DNA of 64,000 nucleotides. Origin: a virus. Position 1 is the stretch's first letter. Each line of letters starts with the position of its first letter. Of the stretch, positions 50,332-58,934 are shown piece by piece. Under the pieces are notes generated by a model, which searched no databases, was not told where the DNA came from, and was given only the letters and a program-made list of their open reading frames with translations. The stretch is from positions 23,060 to 87,059 of the IMG/VR virus record IMGVR_UViG_3300036770_007034. One strand, written 5' to 3'. The position numbers and the translations under genes were made by a program.

Positions 50332-50589
50332 CTAGCAGTATTCATAGAACCGGACCTTGGGATCAAGTTTCCGGAGCTGGTCAGCACAACGAGTAAGTTC
50401 GCGATAACGAGCCTGCACCTGCGAGCGGCTCAGTTCACCATCGCAAGTGAGGTTCTCTGGACTGAGCTGGCTGTCGATGCTGTCGGCGATCTTTTGGCGA
50501 TCAGCGGCTGAGCTGAGATCCAACGGCTTTTTACCAAAGATCTTGGCAAATTGATTCTGACGTTCTACGAAGTTTTTTAGGTCTTTCAT
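50332..50589 (-). CDS. Small early phage protein (LSPENLTCDGE motif)
   Basis: 85 aa with AGGAG SD; flanked by promoters. Confidence 0.75.
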   Translation of the reverse strand: MKDLKNFVERQNQFAKIFGKKPLDLSSAADRQKIADSIDSQLSPENLTCDGELSRSQVQARYRELTRCADQLRKLDPKVRFYEYC

Positions 50590-50621
50590 AGTAGGGCTCC
50601 TATGATGTTTACGATTCTGTT

Positions 50622-50650
50622 AGTATAACAAATAGCGAAATAATGGTCAA
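50622..50650 (-). promoter_or_regulatory. Early sigma70-like promoter TTGACC-N17-TATACT
   Basis: 17-nt spacer and TG extended -10. Confidence 0.8.
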
Positions 50651-50748
50651 CCATCGTCCCGGACTTAGGCATTTACTGTTGTTTTTACACAACACACCCT
50701 GGTTGACGGCCGGGGCAGGAGATATACTGTTTTTACTAGCATATCTCT

Positions 50749-50777
50749 ATTGTACGGAAATGGGAATTATTGGTCAA
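50749..50777 (-). promoter_or_regulatory. Early sigma70-like promoter TTGACC-N17-TACAAT
   Basis: GGTTGACCAATAA start and 17-nt spacer. Confidence 0.8.
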
Positions 50778-50781
50778 CCTA

Positions 50782-51711
50782 CTAGAAATCCACGCTTTCC
50801 AATCTGACTAAGAAACTGGTACGACGTTTGGTAGAATTATCGAGCTGGACTTGGTGCCAACAAGCCGGCGCCCACATGCGTAGTTCTTCGCTGAAAGTAT
50901 TTCCAGGAAATATAACTCCTTCGCTGGCCATCAAACGATGTCCTATCTCAACAGGTTCTGATTTTTTCAGCATATAAGTATCATCGAGATAATCTCTTAC
51001 ATGAAGCCCGGGCTCACTTTCATACAGTACCGCAGTCATCATGGATCCATCTATATGAGTATCGAGTATGGAGTTCATTTCTGGATGCCATCGATAGTCG
51101 ACGATTCTTATGGTAAGTCGTTTTTCAAATCCGGTAAGATCTACTCCTTTGGATTCGCAAACTTCTTTCAGGAATTGGTGCATCTTAGGGATCAACGAAT
51201 GAAGTCTTGACATCAATTCTGGGTTTTTAGTTTTGCTAAGATCAGATGCCATCTGCACCTGAGTCCATAACATCACATCTCGATAATAATGGCCGGTTAC
51301 TCCGTGCGTGGGTTCTTCGATCTCCCATATCCGGCTCTGATAAAATTCAATAAATTCTTCTATGTCTTTTTTGACCGGGGCGATATCAAAAAAGAAATAA
51401 GGCTTTTTGGGATCTGGAAACAGACCGCAGGGCCGATTGAAATATTCATAATCGTAATTCTGATCTACCGACACATTTTGATATCCATGACGGATCAGAG
51501 TGTCTGCGGCTCGTTCTGCGTAGCTCGGAGGCCCTCCATTGTCTACGATGACTAGTTCAGTGCTGTGATCAATACCAGAAAAGGTTTCCAGGATCTGCGC
51601 CTGGGTGGCATTGATTTTTTTATCGGATCGAGGAGATACGATGATGGGGATCGGAAGGTGTAGATCGTAAGGTACTTCTTTTCGAGGATTTATACTGATG
51701 TTCACTCTCAT
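50782..51711 (-). CDS. 2OG-Fe(II) oxygenase (IPNS-like), possibly with a degenerate rhodanese-like N-terminus
   Basis: THIDGSMMT (HxD), CWHQV and RRTS (RxS); N-terminal AERAADTLIRHGYQNV. Confidence 0.65.
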   Translation of the reverse strand: MRVNISINPRKEVPYDLHLPIPIIVSPRSDKKINATQAQILETFSGIDHSTELVIVDNGGPPSYAERAADTLIRHGYQNVSVDQNYDYEYFNRPCGLFPDPKKPYFFFDIAPVKKDIEEFIEFYQSRIWEIEEPTHGVTGHYYRDVMLWTQVQMASDLSKTKNPELMSRLHSLIPKMHQFLKEVCESKGVDLTGFEKRLTIRIVDYRWHPEMNSILDTHIDGSMMTAVLYESEPGLHVRDYLDDTYMLKKSEPVEIGHRLMASEGVIFPGNTFSEELRMWAPACWHQVQLDNSTKRRTSFLVRLESVDF

Positions 51712-52844
51712 GATAGTGCTTCCTTCATATGTTGATAGAGGTATTCTAACTCTTCTTCGGATGTGTTTAGTGGTAGCATCAATCTGATGCTATCTCCTAA
51801 ACTCCGAGTTACCAATACTCCGTGCTCATAGCATGATCTCCATGCTTGTTCTGCTGTGAGATTTTTTAGATCTATCGCGACCATGTGTCCGTTGAATCGC
51901 ATAGCCTCTACTGTTGAAAGATCAGATAGATCGGAAAGATGGACTTTCACTGCACGGCGTGCCCGATTGAGATTTATAGTGGGTAGGATATCTAATACAC
52001 GATTAGCTACCGCACAACTCAATGCTGTGCCACCATACGTAGTACCGTGTCTCCCTAACACAAAATTATCTTTGAACAAACATGCCGATAGCGGCAGACC
52101 ATTAGCAAGTCCTTTGCTCAAGATCAGTATGTCAGGATCCAATCCTAGCTCTTTCATCACGCTGGGACCGCCGCATCTATAAAACCCGCACTGGCATTCA
52201 TCTGCTACGATGATGCATCCTGCTTGTTTGGCCCTATGATAGATATCAACTAACCAAGATTCTTCCAGTGCTCGACCGCCGCCCATGCCTAACACAGGTT
52301 CGATCAATACTGCCGATATGTTTTCAAAGTCGATATCATCGACGTTTGTATCTGCTGAAATGTGTATGGGATCGATGAAGCGTTTTTGTAGAGTTTCGTA
52401 AGTTCCGGGCCATTGGGTGATCATGGTCGTGATCAGACTGGTTCCATGGAAAGCACGATCTACGGTAGCTATCGTTCCAGGACGATTCCAAAGAGATATC
52501 TTGAGTGCCAGATCCATGGCCTCGCTACCAGTGGCATGGAAAAACACTTGATCCATGCCCGTGATATGACAAAGTCGTCGGGCTAATCTATCTCTTTCTA
52601 CTTCTCTCAATTGATTGCTGACTTGCCATAGATCAGAGACCTGCTGTTGGGCCACCTTCACTAGTTCAGGTTCGCAATGGCCCAACAGGTTTGACCCTAC
52701 TCCGTTTATGGCATCGAAATACCGACGGTCTTGGTCATCCCAGAGCCATACGCCTTGACCGCGTATGAACTCTGAGTCAAATCTCTGATAAAACGGGGTC
52801 AGCATGGGATATTGATAGGTTCTCTCTTTTGGCTGAATATCCAA
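51708..52844 (-). CDS. Class III PLP aminotransferase (ArgD/ornithine aminotransferase-like)
   Basis: RGQGVWLWD, LGH, TGSEA, AFHG, IEPVLG, DECQCGFYRCG, LSKGLANG and HGTTYGG. Confidence 0.9.
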   Translation of the reverse strand: MDIQPKERTYQYPMLTPFYQRFDSEFIRGQGVWLWDDQDRRYFDAINGVGSNLLGHCEPELVKVAQQQVSDLWQVSNQLREVERDRLARRLCHITGMDQVFFHATGSEAMDLALKISLWNRPGTIATVDRAFHGTSLITTMITQWPGTYETLQKRFIDPIHISADTNVDDIDFENISAVLIEPVLGMGGGRALEESWLVDIYHRAKQAGCIIVADECQCGFYRCGGPSVMKELGLDPDILILSKGLANGLPLSACLFKDNFVLGRHGTTYGGTALSCAVANRVLDILPTINLNRARRAVKVHLSDLSDLSTVEAMRFNGHMVAIDLKNLTAEQAWRSCYEHGVLVTRSLGDSIRLMLPLNTSEEELEYLYQHMKEALS

Positions 52845-54250
52845 CTGAACACAAAGCTACCTAGGATAGCGATCAGTGTTCCTGTCAGGGCGATATCGGT
52901 GTTCTTGATCAAGCTGCCATACACAAAGGTCGGGATCCCTAGGATCAAGGCCAACAACATTCCTTGGAACAGACCTTTTTCAGTGAACCATTCTGGACGC
53001 AACACAGCGACCATGCTGGGCAGCCAAACACTGGCTCTCAGTGTGGCAAAGAACAGGAAGATATGCAACAGCGTGATTCCAGGAATAAACGCTATCCCGA
53101 TTCCCAGCACAGCCGCGATCACCATACCCCAACGTGCATAACTGATACTGGTCTGATCAGCGTCATCTGTTTTGAACTTCTTATAGATATCATGTCCTGC
53201 CATGCTGGCTACAGAAGAGAATTGGCTATCCAGCACTGATATGAGTCCAGCAAAAACAACGAACACGAACAGGATGCTGACCCAGCTAGGTAAGTATTGT
53301 GCGATCATGAATGCGTTGACCATCTGCTCTTGTCCTTTGGGTACCACGAGTTGGCTTCCTGCGGCCAAGAATCCCAACAGCCCCATGGCGATAGGAATCA
53401 CACCGTATATGATCGACCCTTGGGCGAACACACGGAACACGCTTTTCTTTGGTACAGAAAATGCTCGCTGATAGAATGCATTGTCTCCAAAAAATGCACC
53501 CATCTGGCCTAAGAACGTGGCCAGACCAAAAGTCACAAACACCACCCAGGCTTTGTCTGTACCGATGATCGATCCACCATCACCTTTGATACCGCCCAGT
53601 CCAGCTACCACTGTGTCCCATCCGTTGGTCACTGCCATCACGGAACCCACGATGAGTAATACTCCGAACCATACCATGATGATCTTGAATATCTCAGTGA
53701 TCACTGACGCTTTGAGTCCGCCACGGAAACTGTACAGCAAAGCGATAGCGGCCATCACAGGCACAGTCACGTAATAGTTCAAGCCAGTCAATAGTTCAAC
53801 GATTTTACCACCGGCCAATAGATTCAGTGCAAACACGCTCACGGCCAGCACTACCATCTCGAAGATGTAGATGTTTTGTACACGAGTGCTATACGTTTCT
53901 TTGATATAACTGGAGAATGTGAATCCATCAGGATAACGATCACGAAGTTTCTGTGCGAACCAGCCAAACAGCCAGTAGGTCAAGATGGCTCCGAATGAGA
54001 ACCAAAATAGTCCTACCAGTCCGTTGACATAGGCCTGCTGTGCGCTGATGAATAATCCAGCGGCCCAGAGCCACGCAGCCGCTACACTGAGGCTACCTTG
54101 ACCAGTAGACAGATCTCGCCGGCTCAGTAAGAATGCTTCTTTGGTCGAAGCATACCCTCGGCTGAAGTAACTGGTCAGTCCGTATACCACTAAGGCATAC
54201 ACCGCCAGGATGATGACCCCCATCATGGGGTCAAATAAGGGAAGTTGCAT
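52799..54250 (-). CDS. Sodium:solute symporter family transporter (DUR3/PutP-like)
   Basis: About 13 hydrophobic segments; SVAAAWLWA, YSFRGGLKASVITE, FYQRAFS and AGLISVLDS. Confidence 0.85.
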   Translation of the reverse strand: MQLPLFDPMMGVIILAVYALVVYGLTSYFSRGYASTKEAFLLSRRDLSTGQGSLSVAAAWLWAAGLFISAQQAYVNGLVGLFWFSFGAILTYWLFGWFAQKLRDRYPDGFTFSSYIKETYSTRVQNIYIFEMVVLAVSVFALNLLAGGKIVELLTGLNYYVTVPVMAAIALLYSFRGGLKASVITEIFKIIMVWFGVLLIVGSVMAVTNGWDTVVAGLGGIKGDGGSIIGTDKAWVVFVTFGLATFLGQMGAFFGDNAFYQRAFSVPKKSVFRVFAQGSIIYGVIPIAMGLLGFLAAGSQLVVPKGQEQMVNAFMIAQYLPSWVSILFVFVVFAGLISVLDSQFSSVASMAGHDIYKKFKTDDADQTSISYARWGMVIAAVLGIGIAFIPGITLLHIFLFFATLRASVWLPSMVAVLRPEWFTEKGLFQGMLLALILGIPTFVYGSLIKNTDIALTGTLIAILGSFVFSWIFSQKREPINIPC

Positions 54251-55406
54251 TTACGATCTCCTTTGGTTGTCGTTGATAACTCTTCATCAGATATTTTTTA
54301 CCACCGATGGTAGGTAATGCGGTACCAGAGTTATATTTGGGTATGATGTCGTGATTTAGAGCATCGACACCTCTGATGAATTTCTTGAATACGTCCTGAT
54401 CTGAACGTCGATTGTGATCGACTAGTCTACGGCTTTCTCCTCGAGTAACGAAATCACCGCGCCAGTCATTCACATATTTTTTGTACATGGCCATCTCATG
54501 TGGCAAACATTCTCTGCCCAAGGCTAGATTATAATCTCTATAGGCTTGATCACCACAGGCTGAGCTCTGGTTGAAGTGCAAGAACTCGTGACTGAAATTG
54601 TCTAGTTTCTCATAGAAATTCACGGCCATCCAGCATTGTTTGACATAAAGGTCTGGCATGTCATAACTGATATAGAAAGGTTCAGCATGATCACTGAGAC
54701 TGTAATCCCATATCGCGAAAGCATCCCAGATCTGTGCATAGAAGTTGCCTTGATAAAAGTCGAGGCTGGGTTTTTCTTTGCCCATGATCCAGGCACTGTT
54801 CTTCTTGTTCTGCTCTCTATCTTGGATGTAATCAGGATTGAACCTTTCTAACAGATAGATAGCCTGGCTTTTACCCATGAGGTGATTGTTGGTATAGTAT
54901 ATCCATTCATCACCAAGTTCCCGATACACCTGCGCGATATCATCCTGGGTATATCGTGGAGCGAAAATCTCCAGCCAGGGTTGATGTTCCTTTTTCACAT
55001 AATGTGCGAATTCGATACTGGGACCCCAGTCATAACTGTTATCGTAATATTCTTTCACGAAGCATATGATGCGATCCAACCGTATCTTGTGTTTGAGGAA
55101 TGTCAATAATATAGCATGGCTATCGTAGCCTCCGCTGTACATCAGACTGAGATGGTCGTATTTTTCACGCAGTTGCAAACATCTGGCCAGCATGAGTTCA
55201 TCCCAGGATTGAGAAGGCTCTTTGGTCCAGTCCACCTTATCCCATGCAGAATCATGCCAATGGAAGTGTATGCGATCACGATCGCCCTGGGCTTTTTGCA
55301 AAGCTTCGACCTTGCTCCAGGTACGCTCTCCATTGACTTCATACCAGACTTCGTTCTTTCCGGTGAAATCATTGAAGTTGTGACCAAACTGATTCTTTAT
55401 GCTCAT
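54231..55406 (-). CDS. PP-loop (adenine nucleotide alpha-hydrolase fold) enzyme
   Basis: LMYSGGYDS (SGGxDS); ATG 55406 preceded by AGGAG. Confidence 0.7.
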   Translation of the reverse strand: MSIKNQFGHNFNDFTGKNEVWYEVNGERTWSKVEALQKAQGDRDRIHFHWHDSAWDKVDWTKEPSQSWDELMLARCLQLREKYDHLSLMYSGGYDSHAILLTFLKHKIRLDRIICFVKEYYDNSYDWGPSIEFAHYVKKEHQPWLEIFAPRYTQDDIAQVYRELGDEWIYYTNNHLMGKSQAIYLLERFNPDYIQDREQNKKNSAWIMGKEKPSLDFYQGNFYAQIWDAFAIWDYSLSDHAEPFYISYDMPDLYVKQCWMAVNFYEKLDNFSHEFLHFNQSSACGDQAYRDYNLALGRECLPHEMAMYKKYVNDWRGDFVTRGESRRLVDHNRRSDQDVFKKFIRGVDALNHDIIPKYNSGTALPTIGGKKYLMKSYQRQPKEIVNATSLI

Positions 55407-55433
55407 GGCTCTCCTGTACAATGTTCTGTGCTG

Positions 55434-55513
55434 GATGCATGAGCATCTACGGACCGGCGTTATAGGCGTTTCACGCTAGTAAAGGAGTTTCACTCCAGGC
55501 GTCGTTGAGTCCG
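55434..55513 (-). promoter_or_regulatory. Candidate structured cis-regulatory RNA, copy 2
   Basis: Minus strand CGGAC-TCAAC-GACGCCT-GGAG TGAAA CTCC-TTTACTA-GCG TGAAA CGC-CTAT-AACGCCG-GTCCG, then a GATGC/GCATC hairpin and AGGAG-ATG. Confidence 0.65.
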
Positions 55514-55542
55514 GCGTCGAATGATTCGGCGCTGCTGACAGA

Positions 55543-55550
55543 TATTTATA
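55543..55550 (-). promoter_or_regulatory. T4-type late promoter TATAAATA (second perfect copy at 60652-60659; TAAGTA variants near 57846, 62869 and 63788)
   Basis: Exact T4 late consensus upstream of the structured leader. Confidence 0.7.
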
Positions 55551-55575
55551 TTGTAGCAGATCCAATAAACAAAAT

Positions 55576-56820
55576 TTACAAATATGGTAAAATTCCAGGA
55601 ACTAGATCGCCTAGTTTTTTAGGCCTGATAGTATCGTAGGCCCGTATGATTTCTTTGGCTCGCTCCCACTGTGCAGGGTCTCTGTCCTGCCGGAGACGAT
55701 TGATCACTCCTAGCACAGCGTTATTCCTGTAAGCAGTCCTATCATACTTGTCAGACATCACATATGTCTGATCTGGCAACCATTGAGATAACTCGTCGAT
55801 CATCCGTTGTTTGTATTCATCGGGTAGATGCTGTATGGCCAGTTCATCCGGGTAGGTAAGACATTGTATGCTATGCCCTGCAGATTTTTTTTCAGCCCAT
55901 CTGATCACATCGGGCAGGCCCCCGAGTCCGAGGCTGTAAACTGTAGTGTGTATGACACAGTGTTGGAAATTATCAAGGAGGTTATCTATTATGACTTCTT
56001 TTTTCTTCCAGTTTGTGGGATATCTAAGGTACTCGTCCAGCGCATCGTGCCCGTCCACACTGATTTCAAAATTCACCTGCTGGAAGGGTTTCAACGCATC
56101 GATGAATTCCGGCTTGATGTTTACAGCATTGGTGATGATAAAAATAGTGGTATGAGATGCGTATCCTTGCTCGGCGTACCATCTCAGGAATTCCAGCAAA
56201 GGGCGGCTGATGCTGGGTTCTCCGCCCTGCACCCGTATCCATCTTACATTGGGTCCTATGTCCTTCACTCTCTGCCAGAGGCTGATATCGTGTTGCTTTT
56301 CATCATGCAACATATCCTGTTGCATGATTATGCGTCGATTCTTGGTGTTAGGATCCCAACCTAACTTTTCATAATCTTTTAGGATGCTACGACTATAGCT
56401 AGGAGCACAATCTATGCATCTCAATTGACATAGATTTCCCACGCTGAAAAACAATCCAGTGACCGGAGCTTCAGTATGTCCGTCAGCAGAAGTCTGGGCC
56501 AGAGTTTGTTCGATGATCGGATCACCTATGTTTATATCTGCCTTTCCATAATATTGTTGATTCCTACGCAGACGTCCGCTGACTTTGCCGGCCGCTTCAT
56601 CCTTCCAGCAATGACGGCATTGTTCAAGTTGGTGTCCGTCGACGAAACTACGACGCACACCTTTCATGTAATCGCTGTTCCAGTGCTGTGCTATCTCTTG
56701 CTTTATAGGTACTCTGTGAGTGTTCAGATTCTGATCTTCCATGCAACACAGTCCATAGGTACCATTGCTAGTGATATACAGTTCATTCCAGGGCACAGCG
56801 CAGAATTTTTTTTGATCCAT
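55576..56820 (-). CDS. Radical SAM enzyme with N-terminal Twitch/SPASM-like cluster (6)
   Basis: CQLRCIDC and QGGEP; FCAVPW...LCC...CRHC; start at MDQKK by analogy with its paralogues. Confidence 0.88.
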   Translation of the reverse strand: MDQKKFCAVPWNELYITSNGTYGLCCMEDQNLNTHRVPIKQEIAQHWNSDYMKGVRRSFVDGHQLEQCRHCWKDEAAGKVSGRLRRNQQYYGKADINIGDPIIEQTLAQTSADGHTEAPVTGLFFSVGNLCQLRCIDCAPSYSRSILKDYEKLGWDPNTKNRRIIMQQDMLHDEKQHDISLWQRVKDIGPNVRWIRVQGGEPSISRPLLEFLRWYAEQGYASHTTIFIITNAVNIKPEFIDALKPFQQVNFEISVDGHDALDEYLRYPTNWKKKEVIIDNLLDNFQHCVIHTTVYSLGLGGLPDVIRWAEKKSAGHSIQCLTYPDELAIQHLPDEYKQRMIDELSQWLPDQTYVMSDKYDRTAYRNNAVLGVINRLRQDRDPAQWERAKEIIRAYDTIRPKKLGDLVPGILPYL

Positions 56821-56824
56821 GATG

Positions 56825-57406
56825 TTATCTATCTGAAAAGTAAGTGAACAGTATACTTTCTCGGCTGGCACCGACAGGAACACGTCGGGTACCATGGGCT
56901 TTTTTGACTCGGTTATCATTGATATAACCAGCGTTGGGCGCATAACGAGTTTCCACAGTCGGTAAATTTCCGATATCTACTATGCTATCAGTTCCGTGTT
57001 TTTCCAATAGAGATGCGTTTTGATCTCCGATGTACCAATGTGTGCCCATGTTAGGTTGAGCTACATCACCGCAGTAGACCTGCAGGAGTATGTCATAATT
57101 GTTGTGATCGAAATGCCAAGTGAGTTGATGACCAGGAAGATCCACAAATATGGTCTGGTCGTGTGGGCGTAGTCTTTGCCCGGTGAGTTCGCTGACAGCG
57201 AGATTGATGTCCAGCGCCACTTCTTGGAGATAGTGGTAGTCTGGATTATTGGGTAGGCTCATGAGCCTGTTGGGAGAAAGGCACTGCCACCCTGTGGCAG
57301 TCTCTCGATAACATCGACGTATCTCTCGATAGGTCGGTAAGTCAAAGACCTGCGGAAGGTACCATAGTCTCTGACCCAGATGTTCTGCTGATTCTGTGTG
57401 GATCAT
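56825..57406 (-). CDS. 2OG-Fe(II) oxygenase-like protein
   Basis: WHFD (HxD), PNAGY, AHG and RES pattern. Confidence 0.65.
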   Translation of the reverse strand: MIHTESAEHLGQRLWYLPQVFDLPTYREIRRCYRETATGWQCLSPNRLMSLPNNPDYHYLQEVALDINLAVSELTGQRLRPHDQTIFVDLPGHQLTWHFDHNNYDILLQVYCGDVAQPNMGTHWYIGDQNASLLEKHGTDSIVDIGNLPTVETRYAPNAGYINDNRVKKAHGTRRVPVGASRESILFTYFSDR

Positions 57407-57576
57407 TGGGCAGGATCAGTGCCTTTTTGCTCTCGTCGACTGCGAGGCTGGATTTTTTCTAAGAGTTCGGCTTCGACCACAGCTCGCATGATTGATCCCA
57501 ACCCGGCACGGTTCCAATTCACTGCTTTGTAGATCTTTGCTCGCTTGCTCATCTTATAAGAAGAAGTTGCTTTCAT
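57403..57576 (-). CDS. Small 57-aa hypothetical protein (MKATSSYKMSKR...), not in the ORF track
   Basis: AAAGGAAA SD; ATGA overlap with the next gene. Confidence 0.7.
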   Translation of the reverse strand: MKATSSYKMSKRAKIYKAVNWNRAGLGSIMRAVVEAELLEKIQPRSRREQKGTDPAQ

Positions 57577-57594
57577 TGTGTTTCCTTTTTGAGT

Positions 57595-57668
57595 TGGTGC
57601 CCCGGCGGTGAATCGAACACCGGACTGCTCATTACAAGTGAGCTGTTATACCACTTAACTAACAGGGC
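57595..57668 (-). tRNA. tRNA-Thr(TGT)
   Basis: Cloverleaf with GCTCA-CT TGT AA-TGAGC, TTCGA T-loop and CCA. Confidence 0.9.
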
Positions 57669-57680
57669 ATGGTTTTACAT

Positions 57681-57839
57681 CTATTGCGGAACTTGTCGAG
57701 GAAGGTAAGGTACGGCTCTTGGTCCATGGAGTTGTTGTAGCAACCTACGTGCTTCTTCGGCAGTTTCAGCACCGATCCGGACACGTATTTCTTCAGTGCC
57801 CGGACCGGGCTGTCTTATCGTGGCTTCCCATAGTTTCAT
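57681..57839 (-). CDS. Small 52-aa hypothetical protein (MKLWEATIRQ...)
   Basis: Internal ATG of the track ORF; preceded by TAAGTA. Confidence 0.6.
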   Translation of the reverse strand: MKLWEATIRQPGPGTEEIRVRIGAETAEEARRLLQQLHGPRAVPYLPRQVPQ

Positions 57840-57847
57840 AAGGATAC

Positions 57848-58456
57848 TTAGTCCACCACGGGGCCATTGCCGTTGCGAAATCCCACGACTCCGCCTTCTG
57901 CTTCGATACGTTTGATAACATCTTCGAACAAGATAGGAGCGAAATCTGGAGTCTGTTCTACGCACACACAGTGATAACGAGTATCGACTTCATCTGAGTA
58001 CAAAACTTCTCCAGTCTTGGCGTTGACACCACGTGCTCGCATTACTCTGTTGGCATGCAAGTGCCCGTGGATGTTCACACCAAATCTACCAAGGCTAGCC
58101 TCGTGGACGGGTATATGACTCAGGATCATACCATTCATCACATGGTAAGCACGAAGCTCTCGAAAGTATTCCATGTATTCTGTATCACGGAAGATGTCGT
58201 GATTTCCACGGATCAAGACTTTGTCTCCGTTTAGGCGAGAGAGTGTCTTTAGAGCTTTCCTATTGATCACTACATCACCAAGATGATAAACTTTGTCTGT
58301 GGGACGCACACGATCGTTCCAGGCTTTGACCATGGCTTCGTCCATTTCCTCAGGATCCGTCCATGGACGTAATTTAGTCACACCATCATTTCTAGTGAAT
58401 CGGCACACACCGGCGTGACCAAAGTGTGTGTCGCTTACAAGCCACACGCTAGGCAT
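57848..58456 (-). CDS. Calcineurin-like metallophosphoesterase
   Basis: SDTHFGH, HLGDV, RGNHD, SHIP and HGHLH. Confidence 0.92.
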   Translation of the reverse strand: MPSVWLVSDTHFGHAGVCRFTRNDGVTKLRPWTDPEEMDEAMVKAWNDRVRPTDKVYHLGDVVINRKALKTLSRLNGDKVLIRGNHDIFRDTEYMEYFRELRAYHVMNGMILSHIPVHEASLGRFGVNIHGHLHANRVMRARGVNAKTGEVLYSDEVDTRYHCVCVEQTPDFAPILFEDVIKRIEAEGGVVGFRNGNGPVVD

Positions 58457-58469
58457 AGTGCCCTCCTTT

Positions 58470-58904
58470 TTAGATTATTTGATATTCGTAGTTGATAGTG
58501 TCGGCATTCTCACGGAAAATGCTGGCACCATTCTTGATGTGGAATTTCCGAGCCATCTCAGTTTTAGGACTCAGCGTGACAAATCGTTCCACAGTGGGAT
58601 ATAGTTCACGTATCTGCTCTACGGTCTGGAACAGCAGTTCCGTGGCTGCTCCAGGCACATAACTCCATATGGTATAGAATATAGCAGTGGTAGGTTCCGC
58701 AGGATCTCTGGCGAGATCTTCCACAGTGGCTGGCACGAAATCATGCAAACTCACGCAGACCATAGCTTGGGGATTTTCTTCTACCAATGCACTGACGAAT
58801 CTGTTGCCACTCACACGGAACTCACGAGGTATCTCCGGCCGCACCGGATCATCCTTGATATATTCCAGTAAGGGATCAGTTAGTTCGCGTATGAATGACA
58901 GCAT
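58470..58904 (-). CDS. Stand-alone malonyl-CoA-decarboxylase C-terminal (GNAT-fold)-like protein
   Basis: TTAIFYTIWS and RFVTLSP resemble the MCD motifs AIFYSIS and FVTLSP. Confidence 0.5.
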   Translation of the reverse strand: MLSFIRELTDPLLEYIKDDPVRPEIPREFRVSGNRFVSALVEENPQAMVCVSLHDFVPATVEDLARDPAEPTTAIFYTIWSYVPGAATELLFQTVEQIRELYPTVERFVTLSPKTEMARKFHIKNGASIFRENADTINYEYQII

Positions 58905-58934
58905 AATATGTGTATATATCTCTTTTGGTAAAAA

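Noticed and set aside
50703-50728. Plus-strand TTGACG...TATACT promoter-like pair
   Set aside because: The spacer is only 14 nt and there is no plus-strand gene downstream.
55434-55530. Known guanidine-I/II/III, glutamine or SAM riboswitch upstream of the symporter operon
   Set aside because: The consensus elements I remember for these classes (e.g. ACGR-loop twin hairpins, CUAGGGUUCCG) are absent; cmscan is needed to be definitive.
536-57965. Numerous 60-280 aa antisense or alternative-frame ORFs in the track (e.g. 6384-7223 -, 55828-56364 +, 45059-45538 +)
   Set aside because: They lie entirely within well-supported genes and show no motifs or SD; they are typical shadow ORFs.
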